Notes: generated by a model from the letters alone, not told the origin. Positions 47,638 to 57,887 are shown, numbered from the stretch's first letter. The stretch is DNA of 64,000 nt from a virus (IMGVR_UViG_3300048599_000194:1-64000); one strand, 5' to 3'. A program made the numbers and translations.

Positions 47638-47930
47638 TATTTGCTAGGTACGCTACGTTTCATAGAATCACCCGTTGCCCTGCGATGCGATTTAATTAGA
47701 ATTCTAGAATCAACAGGATCTACAACTAATGATGGTGATGCAGTTAAAACCATCCAATGATCCCATTTACCTTCACTATACAATTCAAGTCCACGTCCGG
47801 CCTTTGCGTATTTTTCTGGAATAAGGGAAACGGTTTGGGCCACTCCCCCTTCTACCTCTCTAACGAGAAGGCAAGATCTGAAATTACCCTTAACTACACC
47901 AGTTTCGTCTTGCTTTGTATTCACGTTCAT
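47637..47930 (-). CDS. hypothetical protein
   Basis: ATG 47930 directly follows the thyX stop. Confidence 0.6.
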   Translation of the reverse strand: MNVNTKQDETGVVKGNFRSCLLVREVEGGVAQTVSLIPEKYAKAGRGLELYSEGKWDHWMVLTASPSLVVDPVDSRILIKSHRRATGDSMKRSVPSK

Positions 47931-47931
47931 G

Positions 47932-49536
47932 TTAATTTTCCTGAGCCTTTCTGATTTTCTCTTGGATTCTTTCTTCTGCTTCTCTGCGATCTTCGTAGCC
48001 ACTCATATCGACTCTGATATATTTGGAGAATATTGGATATTCAGCCTCAATCAGCTTGAAAAAATTCTGTGCAAGTCTACGATACGAATAATGCCCAGCC
48101 TGTCCACTCCTCAATTCAATGAAATATGCAAGCTGTCTGAAGTCGCAGTTGTAAATAACATTGATATTAGTTCCCAAAATTAAGAAATATCCTGCAACGA
48201 ATCTATCTTTAATATAAAGTTTTCCAATTACGTCCTTAATTCTCTCACATAGTGCAATATATTCTATCTTCAGTTCACTTGCTGATTCATCTTCAAGTAA
48301 ATCTGGGATGCTATATCCATATGAAGGACACCAATCAGATGGGATCTGTGTTCCCACTCTATGTCGCTGTACATCTCGATATGCGCCAATATCTATACAA
48401 AATCTAAACATGTGATCGCCAACAGCAGTCCACTTAGGAAATTCATCATGCGCTCCACGAGAACTCATATACTCGTCAATCGCCTCTAGCACAGTATCAT
48501 ACTCTAAATTACTAGGGTCAAAAATCCCACACGATGCAATAAAAGCAGTCATCATTCCGGCAGAATAATGCTCTCCGTCGAAGGGGGCCATCGTCAGATT
48601 CTGACCAACCTGTGAATCATTAATCGATTGCGCCGCTTTCTCCCTCAACTTAATCGCGATTGGATTATTTCGAGTTACAGAAAATTCATTAGCTGAGACG
48701 TGTTTGAGAAGTCCTGGATTAATTTTGATACATTCTTCTTTGATCTTATTAGCAAGATCCCTGATTTCCTGCTCAGGAGATGCAAATAATTCAGACAACC
48801 ATCTCTCTGTTTCTCTCGTAGGTAATGTAACCCCTAGTGAAGTCTTTACGCTAGTAGGTAGCAGATATCTCGCCTCATCGAATGCCTTGGCATTACAAGT
48901 ACGAATCCATGCGGCTTCTGTCTTAAAATCTTCACGAGAAATCTTACTCTTGAAGAAGTCAATACCAAATGCCAGCACCTTTCGATACATCTTCATCGAA
49001 TCGATTAGGATTTGCTTCTCAACATCTGTTACATATTCTGAATCTGGAATATAAAAATTATCTTCAGAGAAATCCATATATCGAGTAGATTTCTCCTGAA
49101 ATGCACCCAGTGATGAATTCTCAAGGATCTTAGTTGATCTAATGGATACATTTTCAATGGCTAATCTATCTACTGCAGAATCCTTGAGTGAATTATGTCC
49201 ATAATCCACCGCCCATTTACGCATGAAGTTCTCAGCCTTCGCCAATACAACTGCGTAAATTTCAGATGAATTTGCGTCTCCAATTAAATCGTATAGCAAC
49301 GCAGAATATTCATCCTCGTTGGAAGTCATTTCCTTGAAAATAGCAAGGAATCTATCTCGCATAGTTAAGTTAGATCTTGAATATCCGCCTTCTAAGAATG
49401 CCCAAAGTGAAGTTGGCATTGCATCTGTAGCCGCATACACATTACTATCTAAATTCGTGAAGAACTTTAAGAGTACCTTAGTTTCTAGTTGATTGTACAC
49501 GTCTACGCCTTCTTGAATTCTGTTTGTCGATTGCAT
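47932..49536 (-). CDS. thyX: FAD-dependent thymidylate synthase, tandem ThyX domains
   Basis: YSRS, YGH.S, QEKSTRY, EARYLLP, RDVQRHR, IELRS. Confidence 0.9.
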   Translation of the reverse strand: MQSTNRIQEGVDVYNQLETKVLLKFFTNLDSNVYAATDAMPTSLWAFLEGGYSRSNLTMRDRFLAIFKEMTSNEDEYSALLYDLIGDANSSEIYAVVLAKAENFMRKWAVDYGHNSLKDSAVDRLAIENVSIRSTKILENSSLGAFQEKSTRYMDFSEDNFYIPDSEYVTDVEKQILIDSMKMYRKVLAFGIDFFKSKISREDFKTEAAWIRTCNAKAFDEARYLLPTSVKTSLGVTLPTRETERWLSELFASPEQEIRDLANKIKEECIKINPGLLKHVSANEFSVTRNNPIAIKLREKAAQSINDSQVGQNLTMAPFDGEHYSAGMMTAFIASCGIFDPSNLEYDTVLEAIDEYMSSRGAHDEFPKWTAVGDHMFRFCIDIGAYRDVQRHRVGTQIPSDWCPSYGYSIPDLLEDESASELKIEYIALCERIKDVIGKLYIKDRFVAGYFLILGTNINVIYNCDFRQLAYFIELRSGQAGHYSYRRLAQNFFKLIEAEYPIFSKYIRVDMSGYEDRREAEERIQEKIRKAQEN

Positions 49537-50197
49537 TTTGCATCTCTTCTCTTCGTTGAATTATCATCAGATCAATTGGATCTGGCTCTGGATCTGGGTG
49601 ATTATTAATCCATTCAGTAACATTCTCAACTTCAAGTGCAAACTCTGCATTAAATTGATCAAAATACGACTGATCAATTTCATACTTAGATCGCCTACCG
49701 TACCATACAATTCCAGTTCCATCTGGCAGGTAAGAGTTTCTAAGCTGTATGTACGGATCTATGTTCGCTTCGTCACAATTCGTGATGTAAATCTCGGCAA
49801 CCGACATTGACTGTAGTCGATCAGTAGGTGTAATTTGCAACCCTTCCATTCGCTGTATTGTATTCTCTACATATACATCTGGAACAACAAAAGCCGCAAT
49901 TGGATTTCCATCTTCATCATGACTCTTATAGAACCAGTCTCCTGGTTCATTTGCTCTTGCATAAAAACCTTCACTGAAACTATTATCGTATAAAATCATA
50001 TAGGCATCATAGCCTTCGTCAAATGTAATTCTGTAATTCTCAGAAGTGTCATTCTTGAGATATTCAAGAAATTCAACAAATGTTAGATATTTGTCGCTGA
50101 GCCAAAACTTAAATCTAGAGAAGATTGAACGCTTCGATCCGTCTTCAAATGTTTCTCCGCCTATCTTCAGCTTAACTGATAGACTAAAATCAATCAT
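49478..50197 (-). CDS. hypothetical protein
   Basis: 239-aa acidic ORF. Confidence 0.65.
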   Translation of the reverse strand: MIDFSLSVKLKIGGETFEDGSKRSIFSRFKFWLSDKYLTFVEFLEYLKNDTSENYRITFDEGYDAYMILYDNSFSEGFYARANEPGDWFYKSHDEDGNPIAAFVVPDVYVENTIQRMEGLQITPTDRLQSMSVAEIYITNCDEANIDPYIQLRNSYLPDGTGIVWYGRRSKYEIDQSYFDQFNAEFALEVENVTEWINNHPDPEPDPIDLMIIQRREEMQNAIDKQNSRRRRRVQSTRN

Positions 50198-50212
50198 CTC
50201 TTTTTTCTCCGA

Positions 50213-50539
50213 TTAAATTTCTAACAATGAAAGCATCTCAAGATCTAGAGAAGTAGGATCCTTCAATTGGACAGAATACTTAGTCTTAAGAGCATCATAA
50301 ATTAATACCGGAACTTCAACAATCAATTTAGGGATTGAGGTTGCCTCTACTTCGAGATTCCACACTAACCCATTTTCATTTGCTGTGAAATTTAATCCCT
50401 CAGTTGAAATCTCTGAATCCTTTGGAGCCAAATATCCAATGAATCCATCGGCTTCCTTGATGAGTGCGGTGGTTGACGGGAGGCTACCGATAGCTTCGAT
50501 GAGCCAGAGTCTCTGGGAAAGATTAAGTGTGATATTCAT
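50213..50539 (-). CDS. hypothetical protein
   Basis: 108-aa ORF, ATGA overlap. Confidence 0.65.
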   Translation of the reverse strand: MNITLNLSQRLWLIEAIGSLPSTTALIKEADGFIGYLAPKDSEISTEGLNFTANENGLVWNLEVEATSIPKLIVEVPVLIYDALKTKYSVQLKDPTSLDLEMLSLLEI

Positions 50540-50979
50540 AGTGATATTGTAACAGCCTCTTTGGTCTTGCGACTTCTCTTCTTAGGAGGTGGCATCACAG
50601 AACCATCTTGCTTTTGCAAAATAATTGAAGAGTCCGTAGTACTCTGAAGTTCTTGATTCTCTTCATTTGATTTTCGATATTCTTCGGATGCGGCTAATAG
50701 TTTCTTTCGAGCCTCCGCAATCTCCTCTTCAGTTCGCTTCTTCAATTTAATAGGGTGTCTAGATTTAACCTCAAGGACTACCAGTTCAACTTCAGTAAAT
50801 CCCCAGTTATCCAAGTAAGATTGAGCCACCTCTTGCGCAATCGCTTTTTCTTCCTTGGTATTAAATCTAAAAATAGTAGGTGTATCAGTTCCATATTCGA
50901 AATGACCATCCACCCAATACTTATCACCTTTGTTAATATTTACGAACGCCGCAAATGTTGTCTTTTTGGTGTAATCCAT
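50536..50979 (-). CDS. hypothetical protein
   Basis: 147-aa ORF, coupled to neighbours. Confidence 0.65.
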   Translation of the reverse strand: MDYTKKTTFAAFVNINKGDKYWVDGHFEYGTDTPTIFRFNTKEEKAIAQEVAQSYLDNWGFTEVELVVLEVKSRHPIKLKKRTEEEIAEARKKLLAASEEYRKSNEENQELQSTTDSSIILQKQDGSVMPPPKKRSRKTKEAVTISL

Positions 50980-51470
50980 TAGATCTTATTCTTCCAATTA
51001 TCCCCTAATGACTGAACCTTCTCAGGTAGAACTACAATAGTGGCATTTGGATTTGTAGCCTCTATAATAGATTTAATTGTAGGCCAGTGTCCACCTGCTA
51101 AATCAGATGACATTAAGTATGGGAAATATACAGGTAATTTCCTAGTATTGATAAATGATAGCTTCTCTAGTGCAGTTTGCACTGCATCGTAGTTAGTATG
51201 CACTCCTAGTCCTGCATATGTGCATTGTCCAAATAAATTACCTATTCTCAATGCTGGACTATCCTTAACTGGTACTAGTTGTATTGTACCTAGTAATTGA
51301 TCTTCATATCCTATGCGAGTTTTGCATAGCTTATGATATTCCTTAAACACTATTGGGTAACGTGCTCTAATTTGCGCCGCTAATCCTCGACCCATAACCC
51401 CTAGGCAATTGACCTGATGTACAATTATCCCGTGTTGAACGTCGAGGAGATTTCCTTCTATGATCTCCAT
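50979..51470 (-). CDS. macrodomain protein (ADP-ribose processing)
   Basis: GNLL, IVHQVNCLGVMGRGLAAQI, NLFGQ, LAGGHW. Confidence 0.9.
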   Translation of the reverse strand: MEIIEGNLLDVQHGIIVHQVNCLGVMGRGLAAQIRARYPIVFKEYHKLCKTRIGYEDQLLGTIQLVPVKDSPALRIGNLFGQCTYAGLGVHTNYDAVQTALEKLSFINTRKLPVYFPYLMSSDLAGGHWPTIKSIIEATNPNATIVVLPEKVQSLGDNWKNKI

Positions 51471-51534
51471 CTCATTCTCCAGTAAAAAAAGTAAGGACCA
51501 TCCAAACGGATCCTCTACTTACATGTTAACAACC

Positions 51535-52050
51535 TCACCTGCTACTTGGAACGAATCTATCTAACGCCTTGATCTCTTCTTCAGTGAATATTTTGAATTC
51601 CCATCCTCTTTTATTACAAAATACACCTGCCGCATTCCACTTTGCGGTGTTTATCATATATTCATTCATCTGATAAGCCCATGTCTTAGTTCTCTTTTTT
51701 TGTTTAGGAGGGCTTAATTTAGATAATGGTTTAACTTCAATTACCCACTTTTTATACTGACCTTTTTCATCCTTAAATTCAGCGAAAAAGTCAGTAAAGT
51801 ATCTATGAGGGTTTCCGTCAATTGGATTTATATACGGAACTTCTATTATTTCTGACCCCCATCTACATATATTATCATTAGTATCAAACATATACATTAT
51901 GTTATATTCCCAACTAGACCTGAATACTGGAGGTTTAGTTGACATATATTTTCTAGGATTCTTTACTTTATATACACCCTGGCTCCAACCACCTTCACTT
52001 GCAGGTCTTTGTATTGGAGTTTCTTGATCTTCAAATGGTCGATATGCCAT
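51535..52050 (-). CDS. head completion nuclease (T4 gp4-like)
   Basis: KNPRKY, RSSWE, WGSE, HRYFTDF, EVKP, NTAKW; late promoter. Confidence 0.88.
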   Translation of the reverse strand: MAYRPFEDQETPIQRPASEGGWSQGVYKVKNPRKYMSTKPPVFRSSWEYNIMYMFDTNDNICRWGSEIIEVPYINPIDGNPHRYFTDFFAEFKDEKGQYKKWVIEVKPLSKLSPPKQKKRTKTWAYQMNEYMINTAKWNAAGVFCNKRGWEFKIFTEEEIKALDRFVPSSR

Positions 52051-52066
52051 TTAATTATTTAGACAA

Positions 52067-52093
52067 CAAAAAAGCCCTCTTTCGAGGGCTTCT
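52067..52093 (-). terminator. intrinsic terminator after nrdJ
   Basis: AAAAAAGCCCTC-TTTC-GAGGGCTT inverted repeat. Confidence 0.85.
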
Positions 52094-52098
52094 TCACA

Positions 52099-54582
52099 TT
52101 ATCCACATTTAGAATATCCGCAAGTGCAACTCTTACATCCTTCAGTGAAGATCATTTCTGATCCGCAATTTGGACATTTCTCGCCTGCCTTAGTACCATC
52201 TTTGATATGATGCTTTAGAACTCTGGAAATTACCTTATTGAATGAGAAAAGATCTGCCTCTTCATCTGCCTTATTGAAGATGTCAAGAACGTATTGAACT
52301 CCCATTCCAGTTCTAAGTAATCCAGAAACAGCTAGAGTATGGAATGCATAGTCAGCGCAAGCAAAAGCCTTCACTATATCCTTGATGACGATTGCATCTT
52401 CGCCTTCGCCAAATGTAAATGAATAGATGCCACGGCCTTCCTTCTTACCAACTTTAACAATCTTACCACTTTTTATCTTGCGAGGGAGTTGGATATTTTC
52501 GGCAATTCCTCCAAACACTTCATATGGTCTACCTTCATATAATCCAACGAAAATAACCCATTGCTGTCCAGAAATCTTGACGTGATGGACTTCACATTCA
52601 AGACTTGTTGGACGCTTAGGTGCATCAACCTCAGAGAATCCAGTATGCTTAGCCTCTTCCTTAGGCTTTTCTGTAATTAGAATACCCGAACGGCATCCGT
52701 CTCTATACACAGTAAATCCCTTACAGCCCTTCTCCCATGCATCCATGTAAACCTGAGCCACGAGGTCTTCTGAGACGTTTGACGGTAGATTGCATGTCTT
52801 AGATATAGAATGACACACCCATCGTTGCGCCGCCGCCTGGATGTCTACAGATGCTCTCCAGTCCACATCGTTCGCAGTAGCCTTGAAGTACGGAGATTTT
52901 TCGTAATCTGCGTCAGTCATGCCAGTTACGTTCATCCATTCCTTATATGCATGATGGAAAATATTATATTCAGTAAACTTATCGCCGACTCCATCAACAT
53001 ATGCAACTGTAGCATTTGAATCTTCTGGGTTAATCTTACGGCGACGAGTATACTTGACGCTAAAGGCAGGTTCAATTCCAGAAGTAGTCTGAGTCATCAT
53101 GGAAACGGATCCCGTAGGTGCAGTTGTGGTTAATGCAATATTCCTACGACCAAACTTCTTCCATTTATTCACATATTCTGAACCTAGCTCACTAATCACC
53201 TTCAATAAAAATGGGTGATTCTTCTCCTTCTCGTAGTTAAATACTTCAAATGCACCTCGAACCTCAGCCATATCAATTGTAGCTCGATATGCATTAACAG
53301 CTAAAGATTTATATATCTTCTCAGTAACCTCAACAGATTCTTTAGCTCCATAGGTAATACCTAGTGCCGCCAATGCATCCCCTAATCCTGTGATACCTAA
53401 TCCAGTTCTACGACCCTTCAATGCGGCAGATCTAATATTTTTCCAAAGATCCAATTCAATCTTTTTAATCTGGTCATCTTCTGCATCATTTTCAATTTTA
53501 GATATGATCTTATCCACCTGACCGATCTCAATATCAATCATCGAATCCATTAGATGCTGTGCTTTGTATGCAACTTCTGCAAATTTCACATAGTCGAACC
53601 ATGATTCATTAGTGAACTTATTCTCCACGAAAGAATATAGATTTAATGCCATTAAACGACACGAATCATTAGGTGATAATACAATTTCACCACATGGATT
53701 CGTAGATGTGCTACCAAATCCTTCTTCAGCGTAAATATCCGAAGGGGTCATATTTTTTGCATTATCCCAGAAAAGAACCCCAGGTTCCGCAGATTCCCAT
53801 GCCGCCTTAACTATCTGATTCCATATATCACGGGCGTTAACTTCCTTGACGATCTTAGGATTGTTTGAATCGACAGGCCACTGTAGAGTGTATTTTTCAT
53901 TAGCCTTAACAGCCCGCATAAACGCATCAGTGACTCTAATGGAGATATTTGCCCCAGTTACACGGGTTTGATTGCGCTTAATGTTTATGAAGGTTTCAAT
54001 CTCTGGGTGGTGTACCGACAAAGTCAACATTAGAGCACCTCGACGGCCTCCCTGTGCAACTTCTCTGCAGGTATTAGAAAATCTATCCATAAAAACAGCA
54101 ATACCGTCTGTTGTTTTTGCGGCATTTGATGTTGACTGACCTTTAGGGCGAATATTAGAAATATCGAATCCAACTCCACCGCGACGCTTCATTATTTGTG
54201 CTTGTTGTTGATCTGCCTGAAAAATTCCACCATATGAATCGACGGGGGATGGAATTACGAAACAGTTTGATGCAGATTGAATCGCATATGGATTTCCAAT
54301 TGCAGACATTGGAGATCCCTGTGGAATTACATACTTAAAACCCTTAAACAGTGAATAAATTTCATCAAATCCCATTCCGTCTTTATACATAGATTCAGCA
54401 TTTGCAAATTCTGTTGCAAGTCTCCTATGCATTGCATCTGGAGTTGACTCGACAATTTCATCTAAATCATTTCTTAATGCATATTTACCCACAAACACGC
54501 TAGATGCGGTAGTATCCCCATTAAAAAATTCAGAGGACTCTTTTAGGGCTTCTTCTGTTGAATACGATTTCATTTTTCTCAA
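52099..54582 (-). CDS. nrdJ: class II (adenosylcobalamin-dependent) ribonucleotide reductase
   Basis: SNCFV, RRGALM, TNPCGE, RRTGLG, TAPTG, SISKTCN, YRDG; C-terminal TSCPD-like region and Zn ribbon; no beta subunit gene nearby. Confidence 0.9.
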   Translation of the reverse strand: MRKMKSYSTEEALKESSEFFNGDTTASSVFVGKYALRNDLDEIVESTPDAMHRRLATEFANAESMYKDGMGFDEIYSLFKGFKYVIPQGSPMSAIGNPYAIQSASNCFVIPSPVDSYGGIFQADQQQAQIMKRRGGVGFDISNIRPKGQSTSNAAKTTDGIAVFMDRFSNTCREVAQGGRRGALMLTLSVHHPEIETFINIKRNQTRVTGANISIRVTDAFMRAVKANEKYTLQWPVDSNNPKIVKEVNARDIWNQIVKAAWESAEPGVLFWDNAKNMTPSDIYAEEGFGSTSTNPCGEIVLSPNDSCRLMALNLYSFVENKFTNESWFDYVKFAEVAYKAQHLMDSMIDIEIGQVDKIISKIENDAEDDQIKKIELDLWKNIRSAALKGRRTGLGITGLGDALAALGITYGAKESVEVTEKIYKSLAVNAYRATIDMAEVRGAFEVFNYEKEKNHPFLLKVISELGSEYVNKWKKFGRRNIALTTTAPTGSVSMMTQTTSGIEPAFSVKYTRRRKINPEDSNATVAYVDGVGDKFTEYNIFHHAYKEWMNVTGMTDADYEKSPYFKATANDVDWRASVDIQAAAQRWVCHSISKTCNLPSNVSEDLVAQVYMDAWEKGCKGFTVYRDGCRSGILITEKPKEEAKHTGFSEVDAPKRPTSLECEVHHVKISGQQWVIFVGLYEGRPYEVFGGIAENIQLPRKIKSGKIVKVGKKEGRGIYSFTFGEGEDAIVIKDIVKAFACADYAFHTLAVSGLLRTGMGVQYVLDIFNKADEEADLFSFNKVISRVLKHHIKDGTKAGEKCPNCGSEMIFTEGCKSCTCGYSKCG

Positions 54583-54611
54583 GTTTCCTTTCTATGAGTT
54601 TTTATTTAGCT

Positions 54612-55565
54612 TTAATTCCAACCAAGATTTTTTACATTAGCCTGTGTAAACAAATTACATTTAGACAATTGAGTTATATATTCATAGTTATCTGGGAAGA
54701 ATTCCATTAGCAATAAATGATCAACCTCTGCAACTGGCTTTGAATTATATTCATTCCAAATGGAATCTTTAATATCTTGCGGTATTCTGTCTAGATTAAT
54801 CAATCTCTGATTTCTTTCAAATGCCTCAAGGAGCCCTTCCTTCATTGCATATGAGTAAATATTCCCATTACACTCAGTTATGATCTTCTGGGCAGTCACT
54901 TCGCCTAATCGGGGTCTGAGATTTGGAATATTATCTCCAGTATCTCCAGTCAAAATCTTCATTTGAATGAGTTTCACCGGATCAACCCCTACAACTTCAG
55001 TTCTTCCTTCAGCCCCTCTACTCAAAAATGCAGTCTTACTATTGTCGTTCAACTTAAATACCCTGAAATTTCTATACTTGAATAATTGATGCCAGTCACT
55101 GTCATTTGACAGTGCAATAATATCGTGTGTTTCGCTGAGATGTTCAGTTAAAACAGCCACAATGTCATCGGCTTCGATTCTATCAAGAAGAATCGTCTTA
55201 ATTGGCATATTTTCTGAAATATCTCGCATTAGTTGATCGCGAGTCTGATAAAAAAGGTTCCAATCAATTGGAATCTTTGCCTTATTTGCCTTCCTATTAT
55301 CCTTATATTCGGGATAAATGTCTTTTCTCCATAGATTCTTACCGTCACATGCAAGAGTTAGATAATCGGGATTAAAACTAGAAATAATATCAAGAATTTC
55401 AAGTTTAACGTCTTGAATCCACTGCTTGAATCCACCTTCAGACTCCATTGCGAGGATTGTTTCTTTTTGGAGGCCGAGATCTTCGCATCTCGCCTTACTC
55501 GCAAGGGAATGAAGTTTCCAATACGAGAGTCCACCTACGTCTACGGTAACATGTCTTAAGCTCAT
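54612..55565 (-). CDS. 5'-3' exonuclease / RNase H (T4 Rnh-like)
   Basis: WRKDIYPEYK.NR, EADD, SNDSD, LTGDTGDNIP. Confidence 0.92.
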   Translation of the reverse strand: MSLRHVTVDVGGLSYWKLHSLASKARCEDLGLQKETILAMESEGGFKQWIQDVKLEILDIISSFNPDYLTLACDGKNLWRKDIYPEYKDNRKANKAKIPIDWNLFYQTRDQLMRDISENMPIKTILLDRIEADDIVAVLTEHLSETHDIIALSNDSDWHQLFKYRNFRVFKLNDNSKTAFLSRGAEGRTEVVGVDPVKLIQMKILTGDTGDNIPNLRPRLGEVTAQKIITECNGNIYSYAMKEGLLEAFERNQRLINLDRIPQDIKDSIWNEYNSKPVAEVDHLLLMEFFPDNYEYITQLSKCNLFTQANVKNLGWN

Positions 55566-55582
55566 GACAGTATGATAGCAGA

Positions 55583-56314
55583 CTATAGGGCTTCTAAAGC
55601 CGAAAGTCGCTCGTTCATCTGATCGAGCACGCCACTATTTCGAAGAATTTTATACGCCAGAGTTTCCACTGAGAACTCGCCACTGGAATGTAGCCCTGCG
55701 TATCTCATTTTGTATAATCTATCCTTCAGTTTCTTGATCTGGTCTGCCGTTTCTGCCCTATTGACCATTTCGATTAATTCTGCCGCCTTCTCTTTAACTG
55801 CAGACAGATCAACTACAATGTTCTTTCTGTCAGGTTTGACTATCCATTCACCTTTCATTAGGCTATAATAAGCCGCACCTTTAACTAAATCAGAATCGGC
55901 CTCGGCGGCATAACATTCTACCGGAATATTAGACACTTTAATATCATACTTTAATCCCCATAGAACTTTCTTATTAAACAAATACTCAGATACTAATTCA
56001 GGTTCATCGCCTACGCTAGAGTAATCAACCATTAAATGCAAATCTAAATCGCTAGTCGGAGAATAATTGTAGTTACAATTAGAACCTGTCAATACAATAT
56101 CCTTAACATCTATCTTAGACCCTTTATATCTAATAAAATCAGAGAATTTATCTGCAATTGCAGTTAATTTAGTCTTAATTTCATCCCTTAGATAATACTC
56201 ACCATCAATCTTAGCCCATAAAATAGGATTTAACTCACTATGAAATTTAATAGAAGAAACATCAATATCCTCTGGATTCACATCTTCTTCAAGTAACTCA
56301 AGATAATCGATCAT
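55583..56314 (-). CDS. late-expressed Pol-beta-type nucleotidyltransferase
   Basis: DIVLTGSNCNYNY...SDLDLH; GEFSVE.LAYK.LR; ATG 56314 is 5 nt after TAAATA. Confidence 0.75.
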   Translation of the reverse strand: MIDYLELLEEDVNPEDIDVSSIKFHSELNPILWAKIDGEYYLRDEIKTKLTAIADKFSDFIRYKGSKIDVKDIVLTGSNCNYNYSPTSDLDLHLMVDYSSVGDEPELVSEYLFNKKVLWGLKYDIKVSNIPVECYAAEADSDLVKGAAYYSLMKGEWIVKPDRKNIVVDLSAVKEKAAELIEMVNRAETADQIKKLKDRLYKMRYAGLHSSGEFSVETLAYKILRNSGVLDQMNERLSALEAL

Positions 56315-56318
56315 ATAG

Positions 56319-57116
56319 TTATTTATTTGAAGGAACTTCAAGCCTCTTCTTAGGCGCTCTAGTCTTTTTTACTGGTTCAATTACCTCAAGTTTAACCTTT
56401 TTTGCCTTTTTTTCTTTCTTAATTCTAACAAACTCACCAAATACTATAATTGGGTGTTCAATAGATGGCTTAGTTTTTGCACCCTTCTTTCCATTTACTA
56501 TTGCAGATAAACAATTAGCTTCTGGCATGTATAAATTATCAGGAAATTTTCCCGTCTCTCGATAGCATAGTTCAATTCTCAAAGTATTTGCCATATAACA
56601 CGCATCTACTAAATCTTCCTGTGGATTATTATATTCAGGTAATTCAAATATATAAGAATTTACCTTCTTACTTAATCCAGATGCTGAAAATGCAAGCCCC
56701 ATCATAACTTTATCCGCTCCACCATTTCCAGTTGCGCATTGCTTTACTGTCATTGGTGGGAATTTTTTCATTGGAATCTTCATGGAGTAAAATATATTTT
56801 TTAATGCACCCGAACACTCGGCAATGTCAAATACTTTACCCTTGGCCTTGAATGCATAATCCTCTACTGCAATATAATCAACGTCTTTTAGATACGGCTT
56901 AACAATTTCATATATGATAAATGGCCTATAGTGAGGTGGATGCGAATCATATTCCTTCGGAATTTTATGAATCGTTAGACCTTCTCCACTAAAAACCCAT
57001 TTATCTGTCTTCGTAAACCCATGCATATTGATCTCAACTATCTCGTAGTTATCGTCAATATCCATAATACAAAATCCAGGTGATGTTATACTTAGATCCA
57101 ATCCTAATATGCGCAT
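56319..57116 (-). CDS. RuvC-like Holliday junction resolvase
   Basis: ILGLDLS, VEDY, VKQCATGNGGADK, DLVDA. Confidence 0.85.
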   Translation of the reverse strand: MRILGLDLSITSPGFCIMDIDDNYEIVEINMHGFTKTDKWVFSGEGLTIHKIPKEYDSHPPHYRPFIIYEIVKPYLKDVDYIAVEDYAFKAKGKVFDIAECSGALKNIFYSMKIPMKKFPPMTVKQCATGNGGADKVMMGLAFSASGLSKKVNSYIFELPEYNNPQEDLVDACYMANTLRIELCYRETGKFPDNLYMPEANCLSAIVNGKKGAKTKPSIEHPIIVFGEFVRIKKEKKAKKVKLEVIEPVKKTRAPKKRLEVPSNK

Positions 57117-57129
57117 AATTATATCTTAA

Positions 57130-57159
57130 CAAAAAACCCCTTTTTCAAGGGGTTGTTTT
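57130..57159 (-). terminator. intrinsic terminator
   Basis: AAAAAACCCCTT-TTTC-AAGGGGTT inverted repeat. Confidence 0.8.
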
Positions 57160-57887
57160 TACAAAGACTCTATTGCTTCTATCAATTCAGAAAAATCTTT
57201 AATTTCTGGAACCTTTGTCTTTGGAATCATTTCTGGATCTCCAATCCATGAAGTATTTTCTCTATTAACTCTGATAGCCTTTAATCCAACTTCAAGTGCC
57301 GGATTAATGTCATCTTTAACAGAATCACCAACTACAACAGTAGAGAATCTATCTAATTGGGATGTCTCAATTACACCATTCCATGTATATTTACTCTTAT
57401 GTGGTAGTACAAATAACCCATCGAACACTGGAGGCATTGTTGCGGCTTTTTTAGACTGGCCGTAAAAATCTCCTTTGGTTACCACATAAAGTGAATAACC
57501 TTTGGCTTTTAGCATTTTAAGTGTATCTATTACGTCAGAATATAATGTATATGGAGCCTCGTATACATCTGCGGCAAACTTTATCAATTTCAGTGGAGCA
57601 TCAGACTCATAAAATGCTGATGCTCGCTCAGCGTCCAATTCCTTTAACTTTTCATATATCTTAACTCTAATCCCATTTACTGAATCTAAAAAAGCATCCT
57701 TTGTAAATCCGTCTTTTTTCTTAGTTCTTTCTGATTCGTGTTCATTGAACATGTCCTCTATTTCTGAGATAGAAAACCCGCTTACATTTGAAAGAATCTT
57801 ATATAGATTCTTCCGAGTAAACGTGTAATATACCATGCAACGAACTAACGTATTATCTAAATCGAAAAGAATCGTGTTGATGCTCAT
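57159..57887 (-). CDS. HAD family hydrolase
   Basis: FDLDNTL, VTKG, VGDS..DDI.PA. Confidence 0.9.
   Translation of the reverse strand: MSINTILFDLDNTLVRCMVYYTFTRKNLYKILSNVSGFSISEIEDMFNEHESERTKKKDGFTKDAFLDSVNGIRVKIYEKLKELDAERASAFYESDAPLKLIKFAADVYEAPYTLYSDVIDTLKMLKAKGYSLYVVTKGDFYGQSKKAATMPPVFDGLFVLPHKSKYTWNGVIETSQLDRFSTVVVGDSVKDDINPALEVGLKAIRVNRENTSWIGDPEMIPKTKVPEIKDFSELIEAIESL

Noticed and set aside
52099-54582. Intein or intron in RNR, helicase or UvsX
   Set aside because: Lengths are normal and no splice-junction or LAGLIDADG motifs were seen
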